Part shown: positions 1 to 9,894 of the stretch, one piece after another
Position numbering within the stretch: the first letter of the stretch is position 1
Layout: each line of letters opens with the position of its first letter
Assembly (NCBI GenBank): GCA_963806225.1
Contig: CAWDXG010000004.1
Location: 4,352,001-4,416,000 of the forward strand
Direction of reading: 5' to 3'
Origin: an uncultured delta proteobacterium
GTDB lineage: Bacteria > Myxococcota_A > Polyangia > Polyangiales > Polyangiaceae
Length of the DNA stretch: 64,000 nt
Program-made: the position numbers and the translations under genes
Notes under the pieces: model-generated
What the model was told of the DNA's origin: nothing
Databases searched by the model: none
What the model saw: the letters and a program-made list of their open reading frames with translations, nothing else

Positions 1-2569
1 ACGACGACGACCAACAAATACCGCAAAACCACCCGCCGCGAGCAACAGCCACCACCCACGCGGTCCGGAGCCCGGCGACGAGAGCGCACAGCCAGGCGCG
101 TTGGGCTTCTGTGCCTGGTTGGTCCCCGAAGCACCTGCTGCTCCCGCGGGGAACGAACACCGGGAATCGTTGGCATCGGCGACGATGCGTGCTGGGTCGA
201 GCTTGCCGGGATGACAGCTACCAGGACCCTGGTCGTGCGTTACCGCGACCTGGACCGTGCGCGTGCTCGTCCCGGACGACGTAGTTGCCGCGACCGTCAC
301 GGTGTAGACGCGGCCGTTGCCCGTGCCGCTCCGTTCCGAGCGCAGGCAGGCCCCTCCAGGCCCATACACGTAGTCAGGCGTGGTGTTGCCGTCCCCCTGG
401 CCATTGGCGGGCTCGTTGCTGGTGACCTTCAGGATCTTCACAGTCGGCGCCTGGCCCGTGCAGGGGTCCAGGGCGGGCGTCATGGAGACCTTGATGTCGC
501 TTCCCACAGCGAAGCGCACGAACTTGTGGTTCGGCGGCCAGAGGCAGGCCGGGGACACCTGCACGCCCGTAATCACCGGCGCCTGGTGGCGGAACCCGCA
601 TGCCTTCTGGACCTCGTCGAGCGTGAGCGATTCAGGCACCACCGTCGAGAAATCGTTGTCGTCGTAGCCAAGCGTGTTGCGGAAGTCGAGCTTGAGATTG
701 TGCCAGTCGTCATACCCGTTGAGCACCTGGCCGGGCGAGGCCTTGCAGGCCGAAATGGCGCAATCCAGGTCGTTCACATCCGCCGCAACACCTACATCGT
801 TGGTCTTGCCGTTCTGGTTCCAGTCGATAGGGCCCGATGCTGGAGAGAAAACCGGAGCGCCAGACACACACGGTCCGAACTCGGTCTGGAATGCGCCGCC
901 ACCCACGCCGACGCTTTCGTTGAGGGACGATTCATTCAACGTGGGCAACGCGGCTCGCGAGTAGTCGACAACGTCACCCGGCAGGAGCCCATAGTTGCTC
1001 CAGATGTAGTTCATCACGCTCAGGTAGTTCGGCTTGCAGTTGATCGTGTCCGCACCGCCATGCCCCAGGCCGAGGTTGTGCCCGAGCTCGTGCATGTAGT
1101 TCACGGCTTCAAGCGTCTGGAATGCGGGAAGCCCCCGTTTCGGGTCCCCAAGGTACGTCATCGTGTCATTGCCACCGAGCTCGCCCAGACCGATGATGTT
1201 CGAGGACGCCGCTTCGTGATGCGCCCAGACGCTGTAGTGGAACACTCGTCGCCGCGCCTCGATGATGTTCGCGGCGTTGGGGCTTGCCCGGTCCGCAGCA
1301 GTGCCGAGATAGCTCGCCTTCAGCCCGGAGAAGCACGAGCCGTCCATGCGACAGATGTCCTTGTGCGGAATGGCGTCGTCGACATCGATGTGGATCTGGA
1401 TCGGGATGGGCGCATTCGCGAATGCGTTCGTCAGAGCCTGGACTGCCGCGATGCTTGGACGGTGATCGTGCCCAGGCTGCGACGCGCAGGCATCGCTGCC
1501 CGGCACGTTGCAGTCCATGTAGTCGATCTCGGCGAACACGTCCTTCCGGTGCGGGTCCGCGCCCAGAGCCGGCAAGTCGAGATCGATCACGCCGTCGCCG
1601 TTGACGTCCAGACCTGAAGTTTCCCAGATGTCCAGTAGGCCATCGCCGTCGGAATCACGGCCACGGCGTCCGATAGCCAGGGCGCCATTCAGCCCCGGGT
1701 CCAGCGAAACGGACTGCGTGCCGCTGCTGCCGTAGATATCTACACCGGTACCGCTGGACGTCGCTATCTCGTCCGTTCCGTCTTCATCGACATCGCCCAC
1801 TGCGAGCTCGCCGCCGATGCCGAAGCTCGAAGTGAAACTGCTTTGTCCACCTGCGATGTCGTACACGGTCACGGTGTCGGATGGATCCGCAACGACCACG
1901 TCGGTCTCGGTCGATCCGCCAACGTGACCCATGGCCAGGGCTGCGCCTGTGACATAGGTCGTGAAGAGCGTCTTCTCGACGGAGCCAGCAGGCGAGAAGA
2001 TGGACACCCTTTCCTTGATCCATGCCGGAGCCGGTAGCGACAGCTATCCTCGCGACTCCACCGGTCGAGACCGCCGCGATTGCCGAATCGGGGGCGAACT
2101 CGGTCGTGAACGAGGAGACCTGGCTCCCGTTGCTCTTGTAGACCGTGATGGCGCCCGGGATGCCTGGCGAAGCAACAACGACCTCGGGAAAGCCGTCGTG
2201 GTCGACGTCCACGGTGGTGAAGGCACCACCCAGGGCGTACGAGGTGTTGAACGAAGCGATAGTCCCAGCGGTGGAATAGGGCTGCGCGCCATCGCGCAAC
2301 CCATAGATCGTGATATTTCCGCTCGTACTACCTGCCTGACCGACGATGATGTCGACCAGGCCGTCGTTGTTCATGTCCGCGGCGGCCAGGCTGCCCTTGG
2401 AGGAGAACGACGAGGAAAAGCTTCCCGACTGGTTCGTGCTGATCGTGCCGGACGCATCTGCGGCCACGATGGGCACAGCGACCTGCGCTCTGGCTTGCTC
2501 CGTGTAGGCTACCAGCGCCAGGGTCGCGGAAACGACCAGCGCCCAGCTCGATGGGCTTCTCTTGCTCAT
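1..2569 (-). CDS. Secreted zinc metalloprotease (metzincin HExxHxxGxxH) with FG-GAP-like N-terminal repeats and a C-terminal MYXO-CTERM-like anchor; one frameshift near 2005-2012; stop codon lies just outside the window
   Basis: ORF 1784..2569 gives a signal peptide and FG-GAP-like motifs (ADMNNDGLVDIIVG, DVDHDGFPEVVV). After a one-base shift at GGAAAGGG the minus frame continues to base 1: GDVDEDGTDEI, DSDGDGLLDIWE, MHELGHNLGLGHGG...NYLSVMNY, LWPPNHK, ending GCALSSPGSGPRGWWLLLAAGGFAVFVGRRR. Confidence 0.8.
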
Positions 2570-3098
2570 TGGGGGGGCCCTTCACTGCGGAATTGTCGAC
2601 TAGCGTGTTCTGCCCAAGCCTCCAGCCCAATCACTAGAGGGTACTAGCGCTTCAAGTCAACCATCCCTGGGCGTGAAGAGGTGGTTCGAGTCCGCGTGGA
2701 ACCTGGAATTCCTCCACCCCGACCGGTGCGATTCCGCGTGGTTACACGTGGTTGCGCTGGCGACCATGTGGAAGCGCGGAACTTGTGCTAGGTGCCAACG
2801 AGGGTTGACGCTCATCAGGAATGTCCGAGAGGGAGTGCGGCTCCTCCCTGGTAGATGAACTCATCGACGCTCACGTCAGCATCGCGCTGCAGCGCGCGCT
2901 ACGATGCGGGCCTACTTCCGGCGCGATCCTTTCCCAACCTAGCCCATCATAGCCCCGGAACGACTTCGCAGTCTGGGCGTTATGGCCTCTGATTCCCGGC
3001 GGTTGGACGCAGTCGCGCTGCTGTAGCCCGCGATCGGCGTCGCACGCGCACGCTCAGCTCGCACTCGTTTCCGCGGGCGCTACGCTCCCCGAGCGGCG

Positions 3099-3449
3099 TT
3101 GCTTTGCCTGGCCCTCGGCATCGAGCAGCTGGTTACGCTGATCGCCTCGATGCCTCACCCCGAGCGCATCACGCAGGGTCACGTCGAGAACATGCTTCAA
3201 CGCCACCTGGGTCACGACCAGCACCGGCTGACGCCCCATCACCAACGCCTTGTCAAGATGCTGGCCGTTGCACCGCTTCGTGCCGAGCAGATCATCAGCG
3301 CGTTCGGGTTCGACGCGAAGTATGTGCGCACGGTGATCGAGAACCCACTCGTCAATCGGGGGCTGCTGTACATCCACACCGACCGGCTTCGGCAGTTGAC
3401 GGCAGAAGGCATGGAGATCGGCCGGTCGCTCGCCAAGGGCCGGTGCTGA
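3099..3449 (+). pseudogene. Fragment resembling the C-terminal winged-helix of RuvB-like ATPases
   Basis: ...VRTVIENPLVNRGLLYIHTDRLRQLTAEG resembles the RuvB C-terminal E-P-x-L-x-x-x-G...R-x-x-T pattern. No ATPase domain or convincing start upstream. Confidence 0.3.
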
Positions 3450-3458
3450 GCCCGCTGG

Positions 3459-3884
3459 CTACGCGAGACGCCGGAAACCGTCAGCCACATCGAGGCGCAC
3501 GTCGAACGAAGCCACGTCGCCGATCGTTCCACGTCGTTGCAGTAGAACCAGCAGGGCGTCGTTGTAGTTGAGCGCGCCCGACGTGGCTTGCATCACGTCC
3601 AGGACATCGTTGAAGGGCTGGTCCTCGATGCGGGCGATCTTGCCGGCGTCATACAGCGCGCGGGCCTGCTCGAAGATGGCGGTGAGATCGGGCGGGTTCG
3701 ACTTCCGCTCGCGGCCTCGGCGACAGAGGACAGACAGGGCTTCGGCCACACAGAAATCGATCAGCACCACGATGTCGCCGCTGGCCGCGATGCGCTTCAC
3801 GAGCCCGGTGGCGGCGTCGTGGAGCGTGTCGTTCCGGTCGAGCAGGCCGACCAGCACGTTTGCATCCAGGACAACGTCAGCCAT
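3459..3884 (-). CDS. vapC: PIN-domain (VapC-like) toxin
   Basis: MADVVLDANVLVG...AEALSVL...NYNDALLV...VASFD contains the PIN acidic tetrad; 141 aa. Its ATG overlaps the stop of the upstream small gene (ATGGCTGA). Confidence 0.85.
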   Translation of the reverse strand: MADVVLDANVLVGLLDRNDTLHDAATGLVKRIAASGDIVVLIDFCVAEALSVLCRRGRERKSNPPDLTAIFEQARALYDAGKIARIEDQPFNDVLDVMQATSGALNYNDALLVLLQRRGTIGDVASFDVRLDVADGFRRLA

Positions 3885-4119
3885 CGTACAAGGCGTCGCA
3901 GTCTTCGAGCGCGTTGCCGCCGATGTCGACGACGCCGGTGAGCCGCTGGATGTCCTCCGTCGAGAGGCCAGTGAATTCATGGGCCGCCCCTGCGTGCTCA
4001 GCGGCCTCGATGACCATGCGGCGCTGCTCGGTCGGGAGCTTCGCCAGCTGATCGACGAGCGGCCGGAGCGCGGCGGGCAGCGGCTCCGGGATGTGCTTCG
4101 GCTGGGCCATCGACATCAT
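3877..4119 (-). CDS. Putative antitoxin of the PIN toxin
   Basis: About 77-80 aa with an acidic C-terminus (GGNALEDCDALYDG), translationally coupled directly upstream of the PIN gene. Confidence 0.7.
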   Translation of the reverse strand: MMSMAQPKHIPEPLPAALRPLVDQLAKLPTEQRRMVIEAAEHAGAAHEFTGLSTEDIQRLTGVVDIGGNALEDCDALYDG

Positions 4120-4217
4120 GATACCACCAGCTGCGCCGAGCGCGAGTTCAGCGGGCGGGCTCCGCTACTTGATGGTGGGCGTGTACGCCGTCTCCAGTAC
4201 CTCCTGGAACGCCTCCA

Positions 4218-4523
4218 GCGCGGGGGCGGCACCGCCGTCGCAAGCCGGCAGAGCAGCGAGAGCGGATCGAGATCGATCGCGAACGTGCCGTCGCTGAACG
4301 GCCGCTTCAGCACCAGGCGGCTGTTCGACGCGCATTGAGCGGCGCTGTCGCGACGCACTGGTGCGCGCCGGCGACGCCACGAAGCGCTACCGGGCGCCGC
4401 GGGAGCGCGAAACCCTTCCTCCGGGAGCCTACCGGGCCTCGCCAGCCAACAGGACAGCATCCTCCGGACCGGGATCCCGCGCACCCCCCAGGCGGTGCGG
4501 GGGCGTTCATCTCACCTACGCGC
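4218..4523. mobile_element. Rearranged IS91/ISCR-type remnant: internal transposase fragment on the minus strand joined to the transposase 3' end plus oriIS-like end on the plus strand
   Basis: The minus strand encodes RLVLKRPFSDGTFAIDLDPLSLLCRLATAVPPPR, homologous to 6933..7545. The plus strand from 4321 encodes LFDAH*, the same terminus as 6260..6658. This is followed 185 bp later by GCGTTCATCTCACCTACGCGC (4503-4523). Confidence 0.75.
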
Positions 4524-4593
4524 TGACGGTGCTGACCGGTCGGGGCGCCCGGCGGATTTGACGGCTTCTGCGAGCTGATGCGAGGGTGGCGCG

Positions 4594-5202
4594 ATGAATC
4601 GGCGCACGAGGTTCGGGGCAGCGTTGGCGTGTGTCGTCGCCGTGGCGGGATGCAACAAGCACAAGAGCGCCCCAACGCCTGCAACGACAACCGCGTCCGC
4701 CGCTGCGGCGACCGCCTCCCCACCCAGCAGCCCGCCGGCAGCGCACCCAGCGCCCGCCGAAGGCGTGCAAGCGTTCCTGGGCTGGGTCGGCGCGAACCAT
4801 ACCGCGCCGGAGAAGGCACCAACCGACCGCGAATGCTACGGCCCGGGCGACAGCGACGCGGGCTGGTGCCTTGGAACCACCTCCGTCAGCGCCGGCTCCC
4901 GGTATGTGAAGTGGCGCAAGGCCGACGCTTCGGTGGCCAAGTTCGAATCCGCTGCGCTACCGCGTGGCCTTCAGCTTTCCTGCGCGAGCCTGGACGCCAC
5001 GCGCATCCGCAAGTGGCGCTGGGCGTCGGCGGATTCGACCTTGTTCCACTGCAAGTTCACCGGCGGCGCGCTCGCGGGCTGGCACGCGTGGGTCAAACTC
5101 GCGCCAGTCGGCACGTACTTGCGTGTGTTCTCTGCCAGCTACTTGAAAGCGGACACGGCCTTTGCGAACACGCTGGCGAACCAGGGCGAGACGCTTCCCT
5201 AG
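4594..5202 (+). CDS. Hypothetical lipoprotein
   Basis: Lipoprotein signal (MNRRTRFGAALACVVAVAGC), a Pro/Ala/Thr linker, then a Cys/Trp-containing globular domain. Confidence 0.7.
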   Translation: MNRRTRFGAALACVVAVAGCNKHKSAPTPATTTASAAAATASPPSSPPAAHPAPAEGVQAFLGWVGANHTAPEKAPTDRECYGPGDSDAGWCLGTTSVSAGSRYVKWRKADASVAKFESAALPRGLQLSCASLDATRIRKWRWASADSTLFHCKFTGGALAGWHAWVKLAPVGTYLRVFSASYLKADTAFANTLANQGETLP

Positions 5203-5219
5203 CGACCGAGGGCAACGCC

Positions 5220-5552
5220 TTACGGTTGCTTGGGGCCGGCCGTGGGCTTCTCGCCCCCGTTTTCTCCGTGCTGGCCCACCTCGTCACTCCCGAACTTGGC
5301 GAGCGCTGTAAGCATGTCTCTACCTTCTCGGAATCCGAGCGCCGCTTCGATGTCTTCTGCCCGTAGCGTCGTGCCCGGGCGGCCAACATCTTCCCGCATC
5401 GCCGCCAGGAGTTTCGCGACGTAGGGCACGCTCTCAAGCGGAGACAGCGGCGTCGGATCGTCCAACACGCGATCGACTACCTCGTTCCACGCGCGGGCGA
5501 CCGGATCGGAAGCGTAGAGCGCGAGGTCAACGCCGGTCTGGGCGCTTTGCAT
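5220..5552 (-). CDS. Hypothetical protein
   Basis: 110-aa ORF with natural, non-shadow composition; no recognised motif. Confidence 0.4.
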   Translation of the reverse strand: MQSAQTGVDLALYASDPVARAWNEVVDRVLDDPTPLSPLESVPYVAKLLAAMREDVGRPGTTLRAEDIEAALGFREGRDMLTALAKFGSDEVGQHGENGGEKPTAGPKQP

Positions 5553-5621
5553 TCTTGCCCCCGACGCGCCCGGCTCTTCCGCGGGTCAGCGCGGGCCGGC
5601 GTCGGGGGTGACCGGGCTGGT

Positions 5622-5722
5622 GGCCCCCGGCCGGGCGCGAGCCCGGCCTTGGCGGGCCCGCGCTGCGCGCAGCGAAGCGAGCACGGCGCACCGCGCAGCG
5701 ACGCGCCGCGCGGGGGCAACCC
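5622..5722. repeat. Dispersed GC-rich palindromic (REP-like) element, copy 1
   Basis: Shares ordered blocks GGCCCCCGGCCGGG / GGCCTTGGCGGGCCCGCG / GCGAAGCG / AGCGACGCG / GGGGGCA(A/G)CCC with 11862-11957. Confidence 0.65.
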
Positions 5723-6076
5723 TACACGGTACGCGGCGAGAAGCGGCGCAGGCGCAGGCTGTTGGTCACGACGAAGATGCTGGAGACGCTCATGGCGGCG
5801 GCGGCAAACATCGGATTCAGGAGCAGGCGGATGACCGGATACAGCACGCCGGCGGCGACGGGGATGAGCGCGACGTTGTAGGCGTAGGCCCAGAAGAAGT
5901 TGAGCCGGATGGTGCGGAGCGTGCGGCGCGAGAGGCGCGCGGCGTTGACCAGGCCGCCGAGATCGCCGCTCATCAGGATGACGTTGCCGGCTTCGATGGC
6001 GATGTCCGTGCCGGTGCCGATGGCGAGGCCCACGTCGGCCTGCGCGAGCGCGGGGGCGTCGTTGATGCCGTCGCCG
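5722..6076 (-). pseudogene. copA: 3' fragment of a heavy-metal (Cu+-type, P1B) P-type ATPase, truncated at an IS91-like end
   Basis: [29 protein letters not shown]...[18 protein letters not shown]...[19 protein letters not shown] carries the hinge motif and the YN/MxxSS metal-site motifs. Homology begins exactly at the oriIS-like end at 6077. Confidence 0.85.
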
Positions 6077-6660
6077 GCGCGTAGGTAGGACAAGCGCCCC
6101 TGCGAGGCGGCGGGGCGTGCGCGTGGACCGCGAACGGGAACCTTTTCCGGACTGCAGAGGGCGGCCCGGGGCGTCGCAGCGACGTATCGAGGCTCTTTCG
6201 AGCCGTTGCGGGCGCCGATGCCGTCCGGCGGACACACCCCTGCGCTCGCGACGGCGCGTTCAATGCGCGTCGAACAGCTCCGCCTGGGCGGTCTCGCCGA
6301 GCCGGTGGCGGATGGCGACGCTCTTGAAAAAGGGCGGGTCGCGGGCGGGGGCGAGGATGGGCGGCTCGGTGGGCTCGCCGAGCCAGCGCAGATAGCGGCG
6401 GATGCCGGCGGCGGTCATGACGAGGGCGCGCATCTTCAACCGGCCGCCGCAGCTGCTGCAGAGCTCGACATCGATGTGGAAGGTGCGCTTCAGGAGCTCG
6501 GCCCACGGGCGATAGCCCGAGCGGTGTGTGGCGGGCTTGTGCTTTGCCGTGCATGTCGCGCACACGTGGTCGTCGCTGCGTCCGTCCGCCGGCGGCAGTG
6601 GCGGCACGACGCGCGATCGCCACGCGCTCGCTGCAGCGAGCACTCCGGCGTATCTCACCG
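6077..6660 (-). mobile_element. IS91/ISCR-family remnant (transposase C-terminal 132 aa at 6260-6658 plus oriIS-like end at 6077-6097)
   Basis: VRYAGVLAAASAWRSRVVP...WAELLKRTFHIDVELCSSCGGRLK is the typical C-terminus of IS91-family (Y2/HUH) transposases. End motif GCGCTTGTCCTACCTACGCGC lies 183 bp after the stop. Confidence 0.85.
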
Positions 6661-6816
6661 GCCCGTAGGTAGGATGAACGCCCTCTGCTCGTTGCTCCTG
6701 GTTGCCACACGTCGCTCTCGCTGCCTCTGCCGGACAGAGCCCGTAGGTAGGATGAACGCCCTCTGCTCGTTGCTCCTGGTTGCCACACGTCGCTCTCGCT
6801 GCCTCTGCCGGACAGA
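6661..6816. repeat. Perfect 2 x 78-bp tandem duplication of the IS end
   Basis: 6661-6738 and 6739-6816 are identical by direct reading (gcccgtaggtaggatgaacgcc...ctgccggacaga). Confidence 0.95.
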
Positions 6817-7545
6817 CTACGCCTCGATCGAGCTCCGCGGAAGGCGCGCCGGCGTGGCATCCGGCCCCCCGCGCGTGGCCCGCGCACGACCACCCTGCCG
6901 CCGGTCGGATCCCCGCCCTTGCGAGCGCGCGTTCAGGGCACGTCGAACAGCTCCGCCTGCACGGGCTCTCCGAGCCGGCGGCGGATGACGCGGCTCTTGA
7001 AGAAGGGTGGCCCCCTCGCGGGCGCGAGAGTGGGCGGCTCGGTCGGCTCGCCGAGCCAGCGCAGGTAGCGGCGGATGCCGGCGGCGGTGACGACGAGGGC
7101 GCGGAGCTTCATCCTGCCGCCACAGTGCTCGCACCGCTCCACGTCGATTTTGAAGCTGCGGCGTAGCAACTCGCGCCATGGGCGATACCCGCAGCGATGC
7201 GTGGGCGACTTGTCCTTCGTGTTCGCGCACGTGGCGCAGTGCGCGTCGTTGTCGTTCTTGTCGTCGTCGTCGTCGCGCGGCGGCGGCGGAACAATGCGCG
7301 CTCTCCATTTGCTGTGTGCAGCGAGCACGCCGCCGTACCTCACCGTATTGAACCGTGGCGGGTGCACGGCCGCCGCGAGTCGCGCGAGCAGGGACAGAGG
7401 GTCCATCTCGAGCGCGACTGTTCCATCACTGAACGGCCGCTTGAGGACCAGACGCACGAGATCGTCGCCGGCGAGCTGGACGCGCTCCTGCGAGATCGGC
7501 GGCCGCAGGATGTACTTGCAGAGCGCTTCTTTTCCCGCGTATCCC
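6661..7545 (-). mobile_element. Second IS91/ISCR-family remnant (transposase C-terminal part 6933-~7545) with a tandemly duplicated oriIS-like end
   Basis: EALCKYILRPPISQERV...KRPFSDGT...PPRFNTVRYGGVLA...WRELLRRSFKIDVERCEHCGGRMK. End motif GCGTTCATCCTACCTACGGGC occurs at 6739-6759 and 6661-6681. The 5' half of the gene is missing. Confidence 0.85.
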
Positions 7546-7704
7546 AGCATCCTTCCGTTCATGCAGGCCCAGGAATCCTACGTCTCCACCAACACCTTCT
7601 TCGTGAAGGGCTTTCTGGAAGGAGCGGTGCGGCGCTGGAAGAGCGCCATGAGCCCGCCGAGGCGTCCGTCTGCAACCAGGAAGAAGGGCGCTGCGAAGGA
7701 ACCC

Positions 7705-8292
7705 TCATGAGCACCAGCCTGGCCTGCGGATCTCGCCTGGAGCCGCTCCGCCCTCGCCGGCATCCGCACTCTCCGCCGTCGCACCGCCGTCGGGCGAAAG
7801 CTCGCTGGCCTTGACGCGGCGCCCTTCATACGCGGCGTCCGCCGTCGCGTGCTCGATGGACTCGATGCGGAAGGTCGCCCAGCGCCGGCGCGCGCGCGCG
7901 GCCTCGGGAACGTTGTCGCCCACGTCGAGCCAGTTCCTGGCCTGTCGTGTCGGTTCCTCGGCGTCGCCGGCGTCCGCGTCGGCGTTCATGAGCACCGACG
8001 CCAGATCCATGCTCACGGTTCCGCGCGTCTTCGTCAGATCGAGCAGGTCGACCTGCAGCTCGCCCCGCGCGACCCGCAGCGTGCCGCTCGGCGCGGCCTT
8101 CTTCGCCTTCAGCGTGAAGCTCGCGCGCCCTTGGGGCTGGATCGTGTAGCGCACCGTCAAGCTGGGCCGCGCAGCGCTCGGCGCCGGGTGCGCGCGCCAC
8201 GGAGCGCTGTGCGCGGGCGCCGCGGACTTGTCGTGTTTCTTCGAGCAGGCGGCGAGCGCCAGGACGGCGACGACAACGAGCAGGCGGCGCAT
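7705..8292 (-). pseudogene. YceI-like lipoprotein, probably 3'-truncated
   Basis: Lipobox LAAC, then GELQVDLLDLTKTRGTVSMDLASV...ARNWLDV...ATFRIESI (YceI-like). The frame ends abruptly before the expected C-terminal strands, next to the IS remnant. Confidence 0.55.
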
Positions 8293-8387
8293 CGGGACGA
8301 CTTTGTCCCAGGTCGAGGCGGCGGGCCAAGTCACGCCGACCGGCCGCATGGCGGCCGTGTGCCTGCGGGTCGTGGTACACCTGGTTC

Positions 8388-8609
8388 ATGGCTAGCGCGA
8401 GCGCTCTGTCTCCGGCGAAGCGTTGGGCGCTGGTGCGCGAGCGGGAGAGACTCGAGTCGGCCAAGGCTGGCTACGACGAGAAGCTCGCGCAGCTCGCCTC
8501 GCTCATGGCTTCGGTGGACGACTTCGGCTGGCGCGACAAGCTTGGCGCCGACGACGATTGCGTCCGCGCGCTCTGGATGAAGCTGCGCGCCGCCGGGACA
8601 CGTGGCTAG
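8388..8609 (+). CDS. Small protein coupled to a nucleotidyltransferase (putative antitoxin/partner)
   Basis: 73 aa; its stop overlaps the GTG start of the downstream nucleotidyltransferase gene. Confidence 0.6.
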   Translation: MASASALSPAKRWALVRERERLESAKAGYDEKLAQLASLMASVDDFGWRDKLGADDDCVRALWMKLRAAGTRG

Positions 8610-9216
8610 CCGGAAGAAGAAGAGCAGCGCGCGCCGCGCGCCAGCCGTCCCCGGCGGATTGACGGAGGCGATCCGCGCCGTTTCAGCGTGGCTGTCCGAC
8701 GCGGGCGTGGGCTTCGCCATCGTGGGCGGAGTGGCCGCATCGCTCCACGGCCGGCCTCGCGTCACCAAGGATGTCGACGTGGTGGTGATCACGGAGGACG
8801 ACTCGTGGGACCGGCTGCTGGCCCTTGGCGCCCAGCACGGCCTCCATCCGCGGATCCCCGATGCGCTGGAGTTTGCCCGGACCACGCGCGTGCTCCTGCT
8901 TGTTCATCGGCCGTCGCACATCGAAGTCGACGTGAGCTTCGGCATGCTGCCGTTCGAAGCGGAAGTCGTCCAGCGCGCGGCGATGAAGGACGTCGGCCCG
9001 GTCCGCTTTCCGCTCGCTTCTCCCGAGGACATCGTGATCATGAAGGCCCTCGCCATGAGACCGCGCGACGTAGCCGACATCGAGGGCATCCTCGACTCCG
9101 TGCCGGATCTCGATCTGGCGCGCGTACGCGAGGTCGTCTCCCGCCTGAGCGCTGCGCTCGAGACGGACGATCACCTTGCACGCCTCGACGAGATCGTACG
9201 CGGCACGCGCGGGTGA
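8602..9216 (+). CDS. Pol-beta superfamily nucleotidyltransferase (DUF6036/AbiEii-like)
   Basis: FAIVGGVAASLHGRPRVTKDVDVVV (GG...TxDxD) and ASPEDIVIMKALAMRPRDVADI (EDL..K...R..D..D). Confidence 0.8.
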   Translation: MASRKKKSSARRAPAVPGGLTEAIRAVSAWLSDAGVGFAIVGGVAASLHGRPRVTKDVDVVVITEDDSWDRLLALGAQHGLHPRIPDALEFARTTRVLLLVHRPSHIEVDVSFGMLPFEAEVVQRAAMKDVGPVRFPLASPEDIVIMKALAMRPRDVADIEGILDSVPDLDLARVREVVSRLSAALETDDHLARLDEIVRGTRG

Positions 9217-9346
9217 TGGGGATGCCTCCCCTCGCGTCGGCTTCGCCTCCGCGGTCCCCTCCTTGCCCGGACGCGGCGCGCCGGTCAGGTCGTGCGGGGA
9301 CTTCCACGTGGTTCCGCTCCGCGCGCCGCGCGCGGGCGGAGGGGAC
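9217..9346. repeat. Palindromic REP-like element
   Basis: CCCCTCGCGTCGGCTTCGCCTCCGCG followed by the inverted repeat GTCCCCTCC (9254-9262) / GGAGGGGAC (9338-9346). Confidence 0.5.
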
Positions 9347-9796
9347 GAGGGACACGATCGTGACCGGCGTGCCGCCACCCTGCGGCAGCTTGACCACGCT
9401 TCCCGATACGTCCTCGGTCCAGAACACGTCGGAGCCGTGCACGGCGACTCCCCAGCTTCCCCCAGGGACGGATGCGACAACCCACGTCGCGCCGCCGTTC
9501 TTGTCGACGGCCTTGATGACCTGTTGCGAGGCGGCGCTCCAGTAGACGCTCTGGTCGCCAACGGCAATCTCGTCGGGCACTTCATAATCTGTCGTCCCGA
9601 GCGCGACCAGACAGCGCCCGCTGTGACACGTCGCGCCCGTCGTACCGCCGCCGCCGCCGCCACCTACCGGCCCGCCGGGCATGGGAGATCTGCTGCTACA
9701 GCCGGAGACGCACCACAGTAGCGCCACCAGCGGCAGCAGGACCCGAAACGAAGTGACCTGCTCGCATGCCCTCACAATGTCCTGGGATTCTATCAT
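9347..9796 (-). pseudogene. Truncated paralogue of the neighbouring beta-propeller lipoprotein
   Basis: Lipobox VSGC, Gly linker, GRCLVAL, then only two VYW/VFW blades before the sequence turns into the palindromic element. Confidence 0.6.
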
Positions 9797-9894
9797 GGAA
9801 GGAAGTGCGGAGGTGGAGGGCGCGGGCGCGCCGCGAGCTTGTCGTTCAAGTCAGCGCCGCGGCCAGCTGCGCAGACCCAAACCGCCGACGCGAG

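Noticed and set aside
211..1617. 468-aa plus-strand ORF and the many other long overlapping ORFs (e.g. 12803..14071, 17536..20079, 23970..26093, 58050..60098)
   Set aside because: Antisense or alternative-frame shadows of real genes, expected in high-GC DNA; Arg/Ala/Gly-rich with no motifs.
2679..2696. tRNA T-arm-like GGTTCGAGTCC
   Set aside because: No acceptor stem, D-arm or anticodon arm can be folded around it; at most a remnant.
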